Assembly (NCBI GenBank): GCA_013265495.1
Contig: MU058384.1
Span: 2,233,690-2,297,689, forward strand
DNA length: 64,000 bases
DNA from: Vicugna vicugna
Lineage: Eukaryota
Reading direction: 5' to 3'
Positions 41,206-54,860 of the stretch are shown piece by piece. The notes below the pieces were generated by a model. It was not told where the DNA came from, made no database searches, and was given only the letters and a program-made list of their open reading frames with translations. Each line of letters starts with the position of its first letter. Position 1 is the stretch's first letter. A program made the translations under genes and the position numbers.

Positions 41206-41680
41206 GTATTAGTTTCCCATTGCCACTGTAAGAAAGTACCACAAATTTAGTGGCTTAAGACTATACTGATTTACTCTCTTACAGTTCTGGAGGTCAGAAG
41301 TCCAAAATCAGTTTCACTGAACTAAAGTCAGGGTGTCCAGGGGGCTGCATCCCTTTGGGAGGCTCTAGGGGGAATCCATTCCTTGCCCTTTTCTCCTTCT
41401 AGTGGCTGCGCACGTTCCTTGGCTTGCGGCTGCATCACTGTGACCTCTGCTTCTGTCCTTACGTCTTCTTCTCTGACTCTCTTGCCCTCTCCTTTCCCTT
41501 TAAGTCCCTTGTGATTACATTGGGCCCACCCAGATAATCCAGGATAATTTCCCTTACTTAAAATCAAGTGATGATGGACTTGAGTCACATCTGCAAAATA
41601 CCATCACAGCAACACCTAGATTAGTGTCTGATGGGATAATTAGGGATGCTAGCCTAGCCATAAAGCTGAACATCACATGT
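41206..41680 (-). mobile_element. Solo LTR, MLT1 (MLT1C/D-like)
   Basis: TGTATTAGTTTCC...CAGTTCTGGAGGTCAGAAGTCC...GATTACATTGGGCCCACCCAGATAATCCAGGATAAT. Confidence 0.88.
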
Positions 41681-44600
41681 AGTTAATATTTTCTTAAATA
41701 TGCTTACTATTTAAATATATTTACTGAAAGAGAAAAATTTGTTTTACATCCTGGTGAAAGACCTGTATCACATTCCATAAATATAAAATATATGAAAACA
41801 AATACTATGAAAATCCTTGTTAAATTCCAGCTGGACACCACTGCCTGCTGAAGGCTGAGCCTGTGGCTTGGTCTCATTGTTATACAAAAAGAGACCAGCG
41901 AGGGTTAGATACTGACAGTTCAGCACCAACCTGAGCCTTTCTCTTCGATGGGAAAAGAGGGATCGAAAGACCTTCAAAAGAACATGGCTTTCTCAATATT
42001 TAATGAAGCATCTGTGCACCAAATAAAATCCTGTCACAGATTGCCAGAGATTCTCTTTCAAACTTTGGGAAACACTAGCATAATGAGTTCAAATCCAAGC
42101 TCTTGAGTCAAACAGGCTGAATTTAAAGCCAGAGTCTCTGAAGCTATTTTCTTGCCTGTAAAATGGCAGTAATAATAAAACCTCCTTCACAGGCCTGTAT
42201 GTAGTGATTTAAATGAGATAATGCAGGCACAGCCCTTAGCATAATACCCAGCACATGGTATGTTCCTCAAAAATGTCAATAACTTTTAAAGAGGAAGTCA
42301 CTATTGTAACTCCAACATCAGGACACTTTCTGGTACTGTCAGCTTTCTCCTCTTCTTCCCTACCCTCAGGTTGAGACACTTGGCCTTGACCTAACCTCTT
42401 CACTCTCAAGGAACAGAAAGACATCACTGAATCTTTTATTTTGACTATGGGATCGGGACCACAATGCAGGTGTAAGTGACTTTGTGGAAGGGGCACAGAA
42501 GTTGACTCAGGTGTGGATTATGGGCAAGGTCACCTGAACAATAGATCGTCAATTCAAGCTTGCCATCAACTTCGTGGCACGTTAAAGAGATATTTAGGGT
42601 GAGCACCTATTGTGGAGAGAACTGAGGAGAGCTTTGGGGCACTATGCTAGGTGGCCTCTGTGAGCTTGGGGCTGGATGTCTGCAACACACTCTGAAGGAC
42701 CTTTTGAAAGCTACAGATCAGGCATAGTTGGGCCACTTGCTGGCTGAGAGGCACAAGCTTCAAGGAATAAAATTATAACTTGCTCAGAATTGTACTCTAC
42801 ATTTCCCTTTATCTTCCTGGCTGTTTCTCAGTATAATTTGAGTTGTTGACTATGGCCTGCAAGAATCTAGGTGGTTTGGGGTACTGAGCTGTCTTATGAA
42901 TTACATTTTTTCTAACTTCCTTATGGCTAAGATTAACAAGCATAGTTTAGGATTATAATTGATGAATTTAAATGACAGAAAGAGTGCTTTGTGATGAAAG
43001 ATACTTATCATATGTTGTAAATGTCCTGATTTGATAAAATATTCGCTTCCTTAAGAATAGGTTATAATGGACATGTAATTTTTTATGTTCAATTTTTTAA
43101 AAACTATAGTTTTTCTGGAAGAGGAAATGCTGGGGAGATGTATTATTTCAACTCTTTATGGACACAGATTTTTAAATATCTGATCATGTCTGTGAAATCT
43201 CAATTGTATATTGAATTACTGCCAAGTTCTCCTAGTTTATTAGAAAGTGCGAGTTATGGCTAAATCATTAATAGATGTTAAAAACTAGTTATTCAAATTG
43301 CAGTTGAACTTACTTGAATATTAAAAGAGCAGTTTTTTCAAATTGTATTTACATATTACTTTAAAAATAACATAATATAAATGATCCAAATAAGCAAACA
43401 TTCTTTTCCTCAGTCTTATGCAATTAAAACAGTACTTTATGGAAGAGAGCTGGTTTGATACAGTTACAGTCTTACTTTGGAGAAAAGCAGACTGCTAGAT
43501 TACTTTCCATTGAGATGAGGCTTAGATCCATAAGCTTTGCAGCCCAAAGCTTATGCAATTTTGGAGTCCCTCTTTGAGAAAAAAGAATACCAAATAATTG
43601 ACTTTTGCAAACTTTACAAAAATATGTGACCCTGTGAACACATTGGTCATGTGCCCTCCCGGGGCCAAGGGCAAATCAAGTGAGGAGCCCTGAGGATTCA
43701 GCATTGTTACCTTCATGGTATATTCTCCCCTGACTAAATGTATATTATTGTGAAAATTTCTGAGAATGCTCCAGTTTCTCAAACTCATGAAAAAGCTCTT
43801 TGGGTTTGATCCTTGAGGATGGGTAATATTACAAATAATCAGCTACCTGCACAAGATGATGAATTATTCTATTATTGAGAGTGTTACCTTATGATGTCTA
43901 TTTTTTGAAAGCTGATAGAACAATTAAAAATTCTACTACTTTGCATTTTTCAGAAGAAATAGCCAGAATTACAAGTAGCCCTTTCACAAGATGTGAGGAA
44001 AATGGAAATGAGGGATTATACATATCTGAAAGCATTTTTCCCCCCTCGGTGTATTTTTCTTCTAGAGACTTCATAACAAAATTATACCTTGTTTGTATTT
44101 ACAGAATTATTTTCTTAAGGGATGTTACGTTAATATATTAGGTTTAAGTAGTGTTTGAAAAAATGGAAAACAAAACAAAAACAAAAAAAGAGAAAAGCAA
44201 AAAACCTAAACTTAACTTGTCCACAAGAGGGAAAGAACAGTTTCCCTGACCATGCCTCTTAGCTCTCCATGATCATAAAGAAGTGGACAATTTAGGGATA
44301 TACTGCATGTAGGAAATACAAGCAATCTCTCTAGGTAATTCTAAAAGAAATTTTTTTTCAGAGCTTCCTGAAATAAGAATGTCCTTACTTTTCCATTTTG
44401 ACTCTAAGGAATTGGTCTCTCAATTTTTCCTTTTCTCAGGTACACAGTTTTAATAGCCTAATATTTGGTCCTGTTTTTCCCATGTCTTCTTTCTGAAGAT
44501 AAAGGATGACATAATTAAATGGCCAAGTGAGGAAGCTCAATTGGAAGCTGGAGAAGGAAAATAATATGAATTTATTAAGTGATAAATTCATCTGACCCAA

Positions 44601-44829
44601 CTCATCATCTTATCCATGTTTAGAGCATGGACACTAGAAAAGAGAGCCTGTTGTGTGGATAAGATGATTTGGCACGTCTAGAAAGGGCAGGAATTGCTCA
44701 GTCTGTCCAGTCTGGGCAGCAGGGTGGTCACCGTCATTACCAAGTGACCTTATTTGGTACAGGTACCTCCCACTGGTGATGCATAAACTATATTTGCAAC
44801 CTTAGAACATTAAAAATAGTAAGAAGGAA

Positions 44830-45140
44830 GGTACCAACTTTCAGTTTTAAGATAAACAAGTACTAGGGATGTAATGTACAGCATGATAAATATAATTAAC
44901 ACTACTGTATGTTATAGATGAAAGTTGTTAAGAGATTCTAAGAGTTTGTGTCACAAGAAAAAATTTTTTTCTATGTCTTTAATATTGTATCTATATGAGA
45001 TGATGGGTGTTAACCTACTGTGGTCATTTCATGGTGTATGTAAGTCAAATCATTATCCTGTCCACCTTCACTGTAAACAATGCTATATGCAAATTGTGTT
45101 CCAATAAAACTGGAAGAACAAAATTTTTTTACAGAAAAAA
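44830..45140 (+). mobile_element. L1 3' UTR fragment (L1MA9-like)
   Basis: GGGATGTAATGTACAGCATG...GAAAGTTGTTAAGAGA...CAATAAAACTGGAA followed by an A-rich tail. Confidence 0.75.
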
Positions 45141-46349
45141 TAAAATAGGATCAAGTTAATTGGGAATGATGGCACTCATATGAAATACTTAATTCATAAT
45201 TACTCTAAACTTAATGCATATCTCACCTTTTTCAACCAAGGATTTGAAGCAGCTCACCAGATAACACACGTAAAAAAGTAAATAAATGGGAATAGGATTT
45301 TTTAAAAGTGTGGTCATGGAAAATAGAGTAGAAAGTTAATAATTGTGGTGATGAGAGAGGGTGTAAATAGAACACATATATCCTGGCCAGGAGGGCACAG
45401 ACACTACAATAAAACAACAAATTTATCTTGAAGCTTCATAGAAACCAAAAAAGACCTGGTCCATTAGAATTTTTTTAATTAACTCTGAGAGAGAGAAAGA
45501 GAAAAGCTCATTTCTTCTGGGAAGGAATGCTTTTCCTAACATAAGTTTTAAAAGGAATTTTTCAAATGAAGCTGTAGTAAACAATATTCATAGCAAACAA
45601 AAATAATGGGCTTATAAGCTGTTTCTTGTATTGTCAGTTGATGAAGACCAGCTGAGTTTTTTTAAAAGCCGCTGGGTAAAAACAGCTCTGCAGGGAGGAG
45701 TAATCCATACTATAGAAAGAACTTGATACAGTTTACTAAACAGTTAACCAAAGTATAAATATGAAAGCAACAAGCTAAAAATAATATGTAGTATAATACT
45801 GGTAACTTCCAATTTCTTTTCAGTAAGATATGGAGAAGAAATGTTTCTACCCTGATTCTGATTCAGGTTTTCATTTACCTTGTTCTTTGTAAAATTCATG
45901 CATTATAGTTGAATAACTGTAAAGAAGTTATTTCTGACTGCTCTGGTTGAGGTGACAAAAGGCTATTTATTGGGTGCATTTCATTTTCTACAGCTGTTTT
46001 TCTCTCTTTGAATCACAGTTCCTTCACTACTACTTGAGATTGGTTACTTGTAGAACAGAATGGCAACATGGTTTCAGTAAGGCCTTTGACTGACTCCTGT
46101 ATCGATGAAGGAATATAATTTGGGTGGCAGATTTCTAGCCAGTTGAACATCTGTATCCCCAAAATGTGGATCGATAGATGGGTGTCGTTCTGGAGGGAGG
46201 ACTCTCTGGTGTGCTGTAAGAAGTAGTCCACGTAGAAGAAATGCTAAAGGAAAAGCAGGTTTGGGTGGTGGAGTAGACAAGTTCAGTTTTGGACATTTAT
46301 ATGAGACTCTCAGGTCAAACTGTCCTTTAGCAGCTGAGTAAATTGATTT

Positions 46350-46476
46350 GAGGAAGGAGAGGAGAAAGAGAGAGGGGAAGAGAGAGAAGGAGAAAAGGAA
46401 GGAAGAAGGAAGGATGGAAGAAAGAAGAGAGGAAGAAAGAAAGAGATACAAAGAAAGAGAGAAAGAAAAAGAGAAA
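46350..46476. repeat. GA-rich polypurine low-complexity tract
   Basis: ~125 bp of almost exclusively A/G on the + strand. Confidence 0.9.
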
Positions 46477-46491
46477 TCAAGATCTAGTTTT

Positions 46492-46876
46492 TTTTTTTAA
46501 TTGAAGCATAGTCAGTCACAATGTGTCAATTTCTGGTGTACAGCATAATGTCCCAGTCATGCATATATATACATATATTTGCTTTCATATTGTTTTCCAT
46601 TAAAAGTTATTACAAGATATTGAATATAGTTCCCTGTGCTATACAGAAGGAATTTGTTTTTTTAGTCTATTTTTGTATATAGTGGTTAGAATTTGCAAAT
46701 CTCAAACTCCCAAATTTATCCCTTCTCACCCCCTTTCCCTCGGTAACCATAAGATTGTTTACTATGTCTGCGAGTCTGTTTCTGTTTTGTAGATGAGTTC
46801 ATTAGTATCCTCTTTTTCCTTTCTTTCTTTTTTAGGTTCCACATATGTGGAATGAATGATATCATATGGTATTTTT
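46492..46876 (-). mobile_element. Young L1 3' UTR insertion
   Basis: Perfect 15-bp TSD TCAAGATCTAGTTTT at 46477-46491 and 46877-46891; T-tail then AATTGAAGCATAGTCAGTC... Confidence 0.92.
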
Positions 46877-48159
46877 TCAAGATCTAGTTTTATAACAAAC
46901 ATTTATTAAGTACCAACAAACTATGTGCCAGGCACGTCTAAGCACTTTATAGGTTGTAATTCAACAGCAACCATGTAAGGATTATCCTGTTATGATCTCT
47001 GTTTTACACATGAGGAACAGAGATATAAGTGAAGAACTGCTTTTCCTAGAACTACACAGCTGGTAAGTGGTAAGCATGGAGACACGAACCCTGGTTAAAG
47101 ATGGAGAGTTGGGTGGTTAAGCCATAGGGAAAGTCATAGGCCTGAATGAGTTGCTCCAGGAGCCTCTGTGAACTGAGGTACATTAACTCCTCAAGGACCA
47201 ATGTGTTGGCCTTTAGAGGTTCAGGAAAATAAAAGCCACATTTCCTGCATATGTGCATTTTCTAAAGAGTATGTTCATAGCTTTTGAGCTCCTAAATTAG
47301 GAAAATATGATATAGAGTGAGTAATAAAAGAGAAGCATGGCAAAATCCTGGGAACAGTTTTAAGAAAGTGGAAATGGTCAAAAAATGAGATGCAGCAAGA
47401 GAGTCAATGGCCAAAGCAAGCATGAGGTCACGGATGACCTCAGCAGAGTTGTTTCAAAGGAGGGATGTTTGAAAAAGCAGATTGTGGTCACTTGGTTTGT
47501 GGACCAGGAGATCCCAAATGCAGACTATTCTAGAAGCCTGATTATGAAGGGAAAGAGAGAGAAATGATGAAAAACAGGATGAAAGGGAGAGTTTTTATCT
47601 TTTAATGAGAGAGATATGAGTGTGTTTTAAATGCTCAAGCAGCAAATGGGGAGAAAGAGAGATCAAAGATTCAAAAAAGGGGTAACTGTAGGAGCAAGAT
47701 GTTGGACATGCAGGAACAGATGGAGTCCTTCCCAGCCCAGTCAGGTAGAATGTCCATCTGGAAATGGAGGTAGTGATGTGTACGTATACAGGTAGGTCTG
47801 TAGGTAGAGGAGAAGCCTCTGTTCTGTCCGACATGAGCAATCAGTGACCCAGATAAGCGAAGAGATTGGTGTTGGGTCTCACAGCCAGTTTGTAGCATTT
47901 CTGGAACTAGTAGAATCCACTGTGTTTTCCATGATGCTGTATCCTCTCCCAGTGAAAAAGTCTCCCCTTCCTTGACTTCCAAGATCCAAGGTTATTTTTG
48001 GACCTTCTCAGTCTTATTTGAGGAACTTTTTTCTATTTTTCTGGATCTTGTTTCTGAGTGTCTTCTCAATGAGAGTCTTTTCTTGTAACTGAGAGTCACT
48101 AGTTAAATGTATTCTGGGCCCCACTAAGGTGTGACACAGTTGAACAATTAGGGATCTTG

Positions 48160-48360
48160 GTGCCTAACCTGGATTCAAACTCTGGTTGTGTTGCTTCCTA
48201 GCTTTGTGATCTTGGGCAAGGTACTTAACTTCACTGAGCTTCTCAACTATCTCATCTCTAAAGTGGGTACAATAAAACTTGACTTCAGGTTGCATGAGGA
48301 TTAGTTGAGATCATCTGCCCACAATGCCTGGTGCAATCCCTGCAACACAGAGGTGCTCAG
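48160..48360 (+). mobile_element. MIR SINE remnant
   Basis: GTGATCTTGGGCAAGGTACTTAACTTCACTGAGC...CTCATCTCTAAAGTGGG core. Confidence 0.75.
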
Positions 48361-49829
48361 AAGCACAACGCCCTGTCCCTCTCGCTGTCCCTTGGTGAGA
48401 TCCCCGGAGACCCAGGCTCCTTGCCTCCATGCGGTTTTGAGAAGGTCACTTAATCTTTCTGAATCTGGTTGTTCATGTCAAAAAAAATGGGAGACAACCT
48501 TACTTTCTACACAGCAGTGTTGTGAGGATGAAGATGGCTCTAAGGAGGTCTCCAGGAGGCTGCTCTATCAGTCTTTGTTGGCTCTAAACCTCATCTACTT
48601 CAGACTTCACTTACCACCCCTGTGAGCACCTCCCCCAAGCATATTTTCCAGCCTCCTCTTCTCCTCCCTTGAGCATTAAGCTCTGTCTACTTGCTGAATG
48701 TTTCCTGGGTCATCTGCCAATGGGTATGAGTATTTGTATTTTTAACTTGTTATATTCACAACTCACCTATGATCGCTTTCATACCTTAGATGGCAAACCC
48801 CTCCGCCTGGCCCCTGCTTTCCCTGGTGGCTGCCACTTCTTCCATTCCTTTTCATTGTGCTGGTTATTTTTTATCTGCTGTCTATCCTCTCCTCCATCCT
48901 TCACGCTCGGGAAGGCTGATTCCTCTCTCTCAGCATCTCTCAGTCTCCCTTGCTAGCTGGCCTCTCATTGGAAGTCCTTGTTCACAAGTAGGAAAAGTAG
49001 CCTATGTTCTGCTAGAGAAGGTACCCATGGTTCCATTAAATTGGAAACTAAGACCACCCTCTTGGTTAATTGGGGCTCCTCTTGCCACTGGAGGTATCGG
49101 CTGCTTACTAAGGAGAAATTTGGCTGTTATTATACAAAACAGTCAATGGAAAGTTGTTGTTCTTATGAATCAGATCCTGTAGGAATTAAGTTTTGGTTTA
49201 CTCCAACAGGTGCTGACCCAGAGTAAAGAGAACATGAAATGGGTGGTAGAAGAAGGGGGTTATGATTATCAGCCTAGACCCCAAGACTAGTTATAGAGGT
49301 GGGTGCATAACTTACGCCAACTGATTATTTTCTCTATCCTCTCCCTTTCCTGCTACCTGGTATGAGATTCTGAAGGTAGTTAACATTACAGTTTAGGTTC
49401 TGCTCAGAATATGTATCACCCTGTGACTGACAGTAGCCAGGGGTGTTTCCCACACATTAGGGGTCAGAGTTTCTCCATTTGAGGGAAGAGCAAAAATGGA
49501 TGCTGAGGGGCAAAACATGTGGGCTGTTCTGATTAACCTCCATTTGCACCTGCCCCTGCCCCCGGCATCTGTCATCTGATCTGTTCTAGCCAGGATGTTG
49601 ATCCCTATGGATGACAAAACGTAGTGGCTTCCGCCAGTGTTAAGTACAGGCAAGAGATTGAAAGAGGAGAGAGAAGAGGTGGGCCTGTTTCTTCCTTACT
49701 CCCTCCCTGCTCAGGGGCTACATTTTTGGCAGTGAATGTACTTCTTCAGGTTTACTGGTGCCCTCCTTTTTCATGGCACTAGCTCTTGTGGTGCTTGGAT
49801 AACACTTCCGTCCCCTGGATTTTTTTCCA

Positions 49830-50170
49830 GATCTGGTTCTGTGGGAAACAGACTCTGATACCCTGCCTGTAGGAGGTTTGCTGAGGAGTGTGCTTGGGGT
49901 CGCTACTTGGGGTGGGGAAAGTGAGGGAAGCAGGACTGGGCAGAAGGAGCTGGGATGGCCCTGCAGTTATTGTCACTACAGCAAGAGGGCCAGACCTGTG
50001 TAGACCAGTCATTGGTGTGGTTGCCCCTGGAGAAGGGCATGTCTTCAGTGAGGAAGTTCATTTTTGTGGAGGACAAGATCCAGAGAGGGATTTGGCTAAT
50101 ATCTGTTGGCTACCAGTACTGCTGGTGGGTGAGGTCAGTCCTGGAGGGAACCAAGGTGGTGCTCCCCTTA
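49830..50170 (-). mobile_element. LTR16-like ERVL LTR remnant
   Basis: GGGAAACAGACTCTGA...GGAGGTTTGCTGAGGAGTG...GGGAAGCAGGACTGGGCAGA resembles reverse LTR16C. Confidence 0.6.
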
Positions 50171-51641
50171 CACCCTTCAAATCGAGAGGGCCTAAAGCCT
50201 TCCCACTACTCCTAGTCCTGGGGGAGGGGGCCTCAGCATCCATTGTTGACTCTCTTAACCTGCTCACATCTCTGCAGCAGTTTGTCTTTGCTAAAGTCTC
50301 TTAATTGAACCATCTGAGTTGATTTGTTTCCTTTCAGAGCCCTAATATAGATATTAATTTTAAAATGGTATGAATATATAAATACAAAACTCTCATATGT
50401 TCGAGGAGAAGTACTCGACCTGATAATGGGGGGACTTGACCTGGCTAGGGAGGTGAGGATAAGTTTAGTCAAGGAAGTGACATGTGAATGAACATCTGGA
50501 GGAGGGGCCAAGGTAACTATGAAGAAGAGAATAAGAGAGAGAGGAAGAGGAAGAGGAAGGAGAGATTGCTTTAACTGAAGAAAACACTGAGTCTGTGTGG
50601 CCAGAGTCTCAGGTGATGGGGAGGGTGGAGGCGGGAAATAGAGGCTGGAGAGAAAGGCATGATTGCACCCTCAGGCTTTAAGCCCCTTATTAGGGATAAT
50701 CCTCAAGGTATTGGAGAAGCTTTGAAGGTTCTCGAGCTGAGGGCCATAATCAGATTTGCATTTGAAGATCTCTCTGGCTAATCAAAGACCAGTGTTATTT
50801 TTAATTTGGGGGAAAGTACCATGGTGTCTGATAAAAGCAGAAAAGACTCTGGAGTTTATAGAAGTCTCCAGACTGACTAGACAAATTTCTATCGCTTGAC
50901 AAATCCAGCATATGAACTACAGTATTTCATGGACAGAATATTACATGCTATACCCAACAGTGCCTATTTTTTTTCACATTATGATAATTTGTTGCTTTTT
51001 CCCCCCTTCTGAGTAAGATGATACTAACAATGTATCAACCATTAGACTTTTAATATAATAACAATTTGTACTATATATCAAAAAGTTAGACAAATACTAT
51101 ACACTCTATCAGGATTTCTGATTTTACCTGCCATTCGTTTTAGGAGTCTTTACAAAGTATATAAACTTCTACCACTTTGGTCCTGGAATTGATTTAACAG
51201 GACTTCTCTTTATTCCCTCTTCAGGTAAGTTAATGGAAAAAGTGCGAATACAGAGGGCTAGTCATGGTTTCACATATGTGTGTAGACTCGGACCTCAGGG
51301 CTCTCTTTTGCTTTTTGAATTCTTGATGACTGCTGATGCAGGAGAGTCAAGGGCAGAGCCCAGTCCCTTGCTGACTTTATGAATGGAGGAAGAGGGGTGA
51401 TGGCTGCTCTGGAACAAATGACAGGAATGCTGGGACTGAGCCCATAATACAAGCATGACCCCATGTTTCTACCCCCTCTCCCTTCTCCAGAGCCCCCTGC
51501 CTCACCCAATAAGGTCCCGAACCATGACCTGGGAGTTTAATGGGCCATTGCTTTTTGCCTGTAGTAATTCAGGCATGAAGAGTCTCTTGGTCTAAATAAT
51601 TAACCTAAAAACAGTTTGATTATGTCATCTCATTTTGTTGG

Positions 51642-52103
51642 CATTATTGGTTGAATTGTGTCCCTTAAAAATGTATGTTGAAGTCCTATTCCCCAAGTGC
51701 CTTAGAATGTGACCTGACTTGGAATTAGGATCTTGGCAGACATAATAAACTAAGACCAAGTCTTACTGGAGTAGCATGGGCCCACCAATATGACTGGTGT
51801 CCTTATAAGAAGAGGAGAGACACAGAAACAGACATATGGGGAGAATGAGGTCATGTGACAATGGAGGCAGAGACTGGAATGATACTTCAGCCTATAAGCC
51901 AAGGAACACCAAAGATTGTTGGCAAATACCAGAAACTAGAAAAGGCAAGAAAGGATTCTCCTTGACAGGTGCCAGAGAGAGCAGGGCCCTGCTGACACCT
52001 TGATTTCGGGTTTCTAGCTTCAAGAACAGTGAGATAATAAATTTCTGTTGTTTTGAGCCATCCAGTTTGTAATTTGTTATGGCAGCCTGAGGAAACTGAT
52101 ACA
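51642..52103 (+). mobile_element. Solo LTR, MLT1 (MLT1B/C-like)
   Basis: GGTTGAATTGTGTCCC...GAATGTGACCTGACTTGGAA...ATAAATTTCTGTTGTTTTGAGCC...GGAAACTGATACA. Confidence 0.88.
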
Positions 52104-52574
52104 GTTGACATCAATTTTTATCATCAACCCTGAGGTGAAGGCCCATACCTATTGTCATTTACAGTTTGAGTCATTCAGGTTTACTGAATAATATAGGAAG
52201 AAGAAAAGATTTATTGAGCACCATAGAAAATATTTTGTTTCAAATGGGATGAATATTTTACTTCCATTAAATGGAGATATAAATTTTTACCTTTTGGGTA
52301 ATTATTAAGAATACACATCCCCTGGTTGCTTGATGCAGCCTGCTTTCCTTTCTCATTGAAAACAGTTCTTTTTTTAATTCACATAATCATTAAGTCATCA
52401 TTCTAGCTCCGGGATTTCAGATTTGGTGGCCCATTCTCTAACCACCATGTTCTTGATTATTTTTAATTCTGCTCCTCAGCAGCCACTGAACATTCTCTTG
52501 GACCTTCCCAGGACTGCATGCTTGAAACTCTCCCATTGAACTCAGGCCATGTTCTTAATGTTTGTCCACCACAT

Positions 52575-54290
52575 TCTTTGTTTGTTTTTTTTTTTAATTG
52601 AAGTATAGTCAGTTTTAATTTCTCAATCTCTGGTGTACTGCATAATGTCCCAGTCATACATATACAGACATATATTCATTTTCTTATTCTTTTTCATTAA
52701 AGATTATTACAAGATATTGAATATAGTTCCCTATGCTATAGAGAAGAAATTTTTAATTTATTTTTATATATAGTAGTTAATATTTGTAAATTTCCAACTC
52801 CCAAATTTATCCCTTCCCAACCCCTTCCCCCCAGTAACCATAAGATTGTTTTATCTATCTATCTATTTATTGAAGTATAATCAGTTTACAATATTGTGTC
52901 AATTTCTGGTGTACAGCACATTGCTTCAGTCATACATGAATATACACATATTCATTTTCATATTCTTTTTCACTGTAAGCTACTACAAGATATCAAATAT
53001 AGTTCTCTGTGCTATATAGTATAAACTTGTTTATCTATGTTATATATACCAGTCAGTATATACAAATCTCGAACTCCCAATTTATCCCTTCCTACCCCCT
53101 TCCCCCCTGGTAACCATAAGTTTGTTTTCTATGTCTGTGAGTCTGTTTCTGTTTTATATAAAAGTTCATTTGGTTGTGGGTTTTTTTTGTTTTTTTTTTA
53201 GATTCTACATATGAGTGGTATCATATGGTATTTTTCTTTCTCTTTCTGGCTTACTTCACTTAGAACAATGATCTCCAATTTCATCCATGTTACTGCAAAT
53301 GGCATTATTTTATTTTTTATGGCCGAGTAGTATTCCATTGTATAAATATACCATGGCTTCTTCATCCAGTCATCTGTTGATGGACAATTAGTTTGTTTCC
53401 ATGTCTTGGCTATTGTAAATAGTGCTGCTATGAACATTAGGGTGCATGTATCTTTTCAAATTAGAGTTCCCTCTGGATATATGCCCAGGAGTGGGATTGC
53501 TGGATCATATGGTAAGTCTATTTTTAGTTTTTTGAGGAATCTCCACATTATTTTCCATAATGGTTGCACCAAACTACATTCCTACCAACAGTGTAGGAGG
53601 GTTCCCTTTTCTCCACTCTCCAGTATTTGTTCTTTAATCCACCTCATACTCCATAGTCAGCCTTTTAATGATGATTTTTTAAAAATTGAACTATAGTTGA
53701 TTTACAATATTGTGTTGATTTCTGGTATACAACAAAGTGACTCAGTTATACATATATATGTATTAATATATACATACACATACATGTTCTTTTCTATTAT
53801 AGTTTGTTATAGGATATTAAGTATAGTTCCCTGTGCTATTCAGTAGGACCTTGTTGTTTATCTATTTTATGTATAATAGTTTGTGTCTGCTAATCCCAAA
53901 CTCCTAATTTATCCCTTTCCCATCCCCTCCCCATTTGGTAACCATAAATTTGTTTTCTATGTCAAGCAGTGAGTCTGTTTCTGTATCATAAATAAGTTCA
54001 TTTGTGTCATATTTTAGATTTCACATATAAGCAATATCATGTAGTATTTGTCCTTCTCTGTCTGACTTACTTCACTTAGTATGATAATCTCTAGGTCCAC
54101 CCATGTTTCCGCAAATGGCATTATTTCATTCTTTTTTATGGCTGAGTAGTATTCCATTGTGTATGTATACCACAACTTCTTTATCCAGTCATCTGTCAGT
54201 GGACATTTAGGTTGTTTCCATGTCTTGGCTATTGTAAATAGTGCTGCTGTGAACATTGGGGTCCATGTATCTTTTGGAATTAGAGTTTCC
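52575..54290 (-). mobile_element. Cluster of three 5'-truncated L1 3' ends (~52575-52850, ~52851-53617, ~53676-54290)
   Basis: ORFs 53198-53437 and 54014-54256 are the L1 ORF2p C-terminus ([17 protein letters not shown]...[13 protein letters not shown]); three separate TTGAA(G/C)TATA 3' termini; TSD TTTAATGATGAT at 53664-53675 and 54291-54302. Confidence 0.92.
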
Positions 54291-54713
54291 TTTAATGATG
54301 ATCTTAATCATGACCTTGATACCCCTGAAGTTCCCACTCTGGTAATCTGCAAACAACTGCTATCTCTATTCTGGGGCTTTTAGAGTGCAGGAAAAACTAG
54401 ATCTGTGTGCCTCTTACTCAAACTGTCCAACTCACCTGGGCTGTCATCCAGTAATTCTGTTATTCACCACTTGCTGAGTTGCTAAGGAACTCTCCACCAT
54501 TTCCCCTTTCTTATATCCACTCCAGATAGATGATTTTTGCTCTCTCCTTACTGAGACCTAGGCCATCTGGCAACTTCATTTGTATTCTTGGTCTCATCCT
54601 TCCAGATTCATTTAATTCTCTCAATCCCTTGATCACCCACTACTTCTTCCCCTCATAAACTCCTATGTATTTGACTGAAGTAACGGAAAAATGCAACCAA
54701 CAGGAGTTTGAAT

Positions 54714-54860
54714 TAGTGCTGCTCAAACTGTAAAATATATCTGAATCACCTGGGGAGCTTGTTAAGCTACATTCTCATTCAGTCAGTCTGAGGTAGAGCC
54801 TGAGAGTCTGTATTCTAACAAGATCCCAAGTGATGCTAATTTTCCTCCTCCCCAGATCAC
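54714..54860. mobile_element. MER5A-like hAT-Charlie MITE
   Basis: AGTGCTGCTCAAACT...GAATCACCTGGGGAGCTTGTTAA...TTCTAACAAGATCCCAAGTGATGCT. Confidence 0.75.

Noticed and set aside
43520..43730. Possible short DNA-transposon remnant
   Set aside because: Looks MER-like, but I could not assign a family or termini with confidence.
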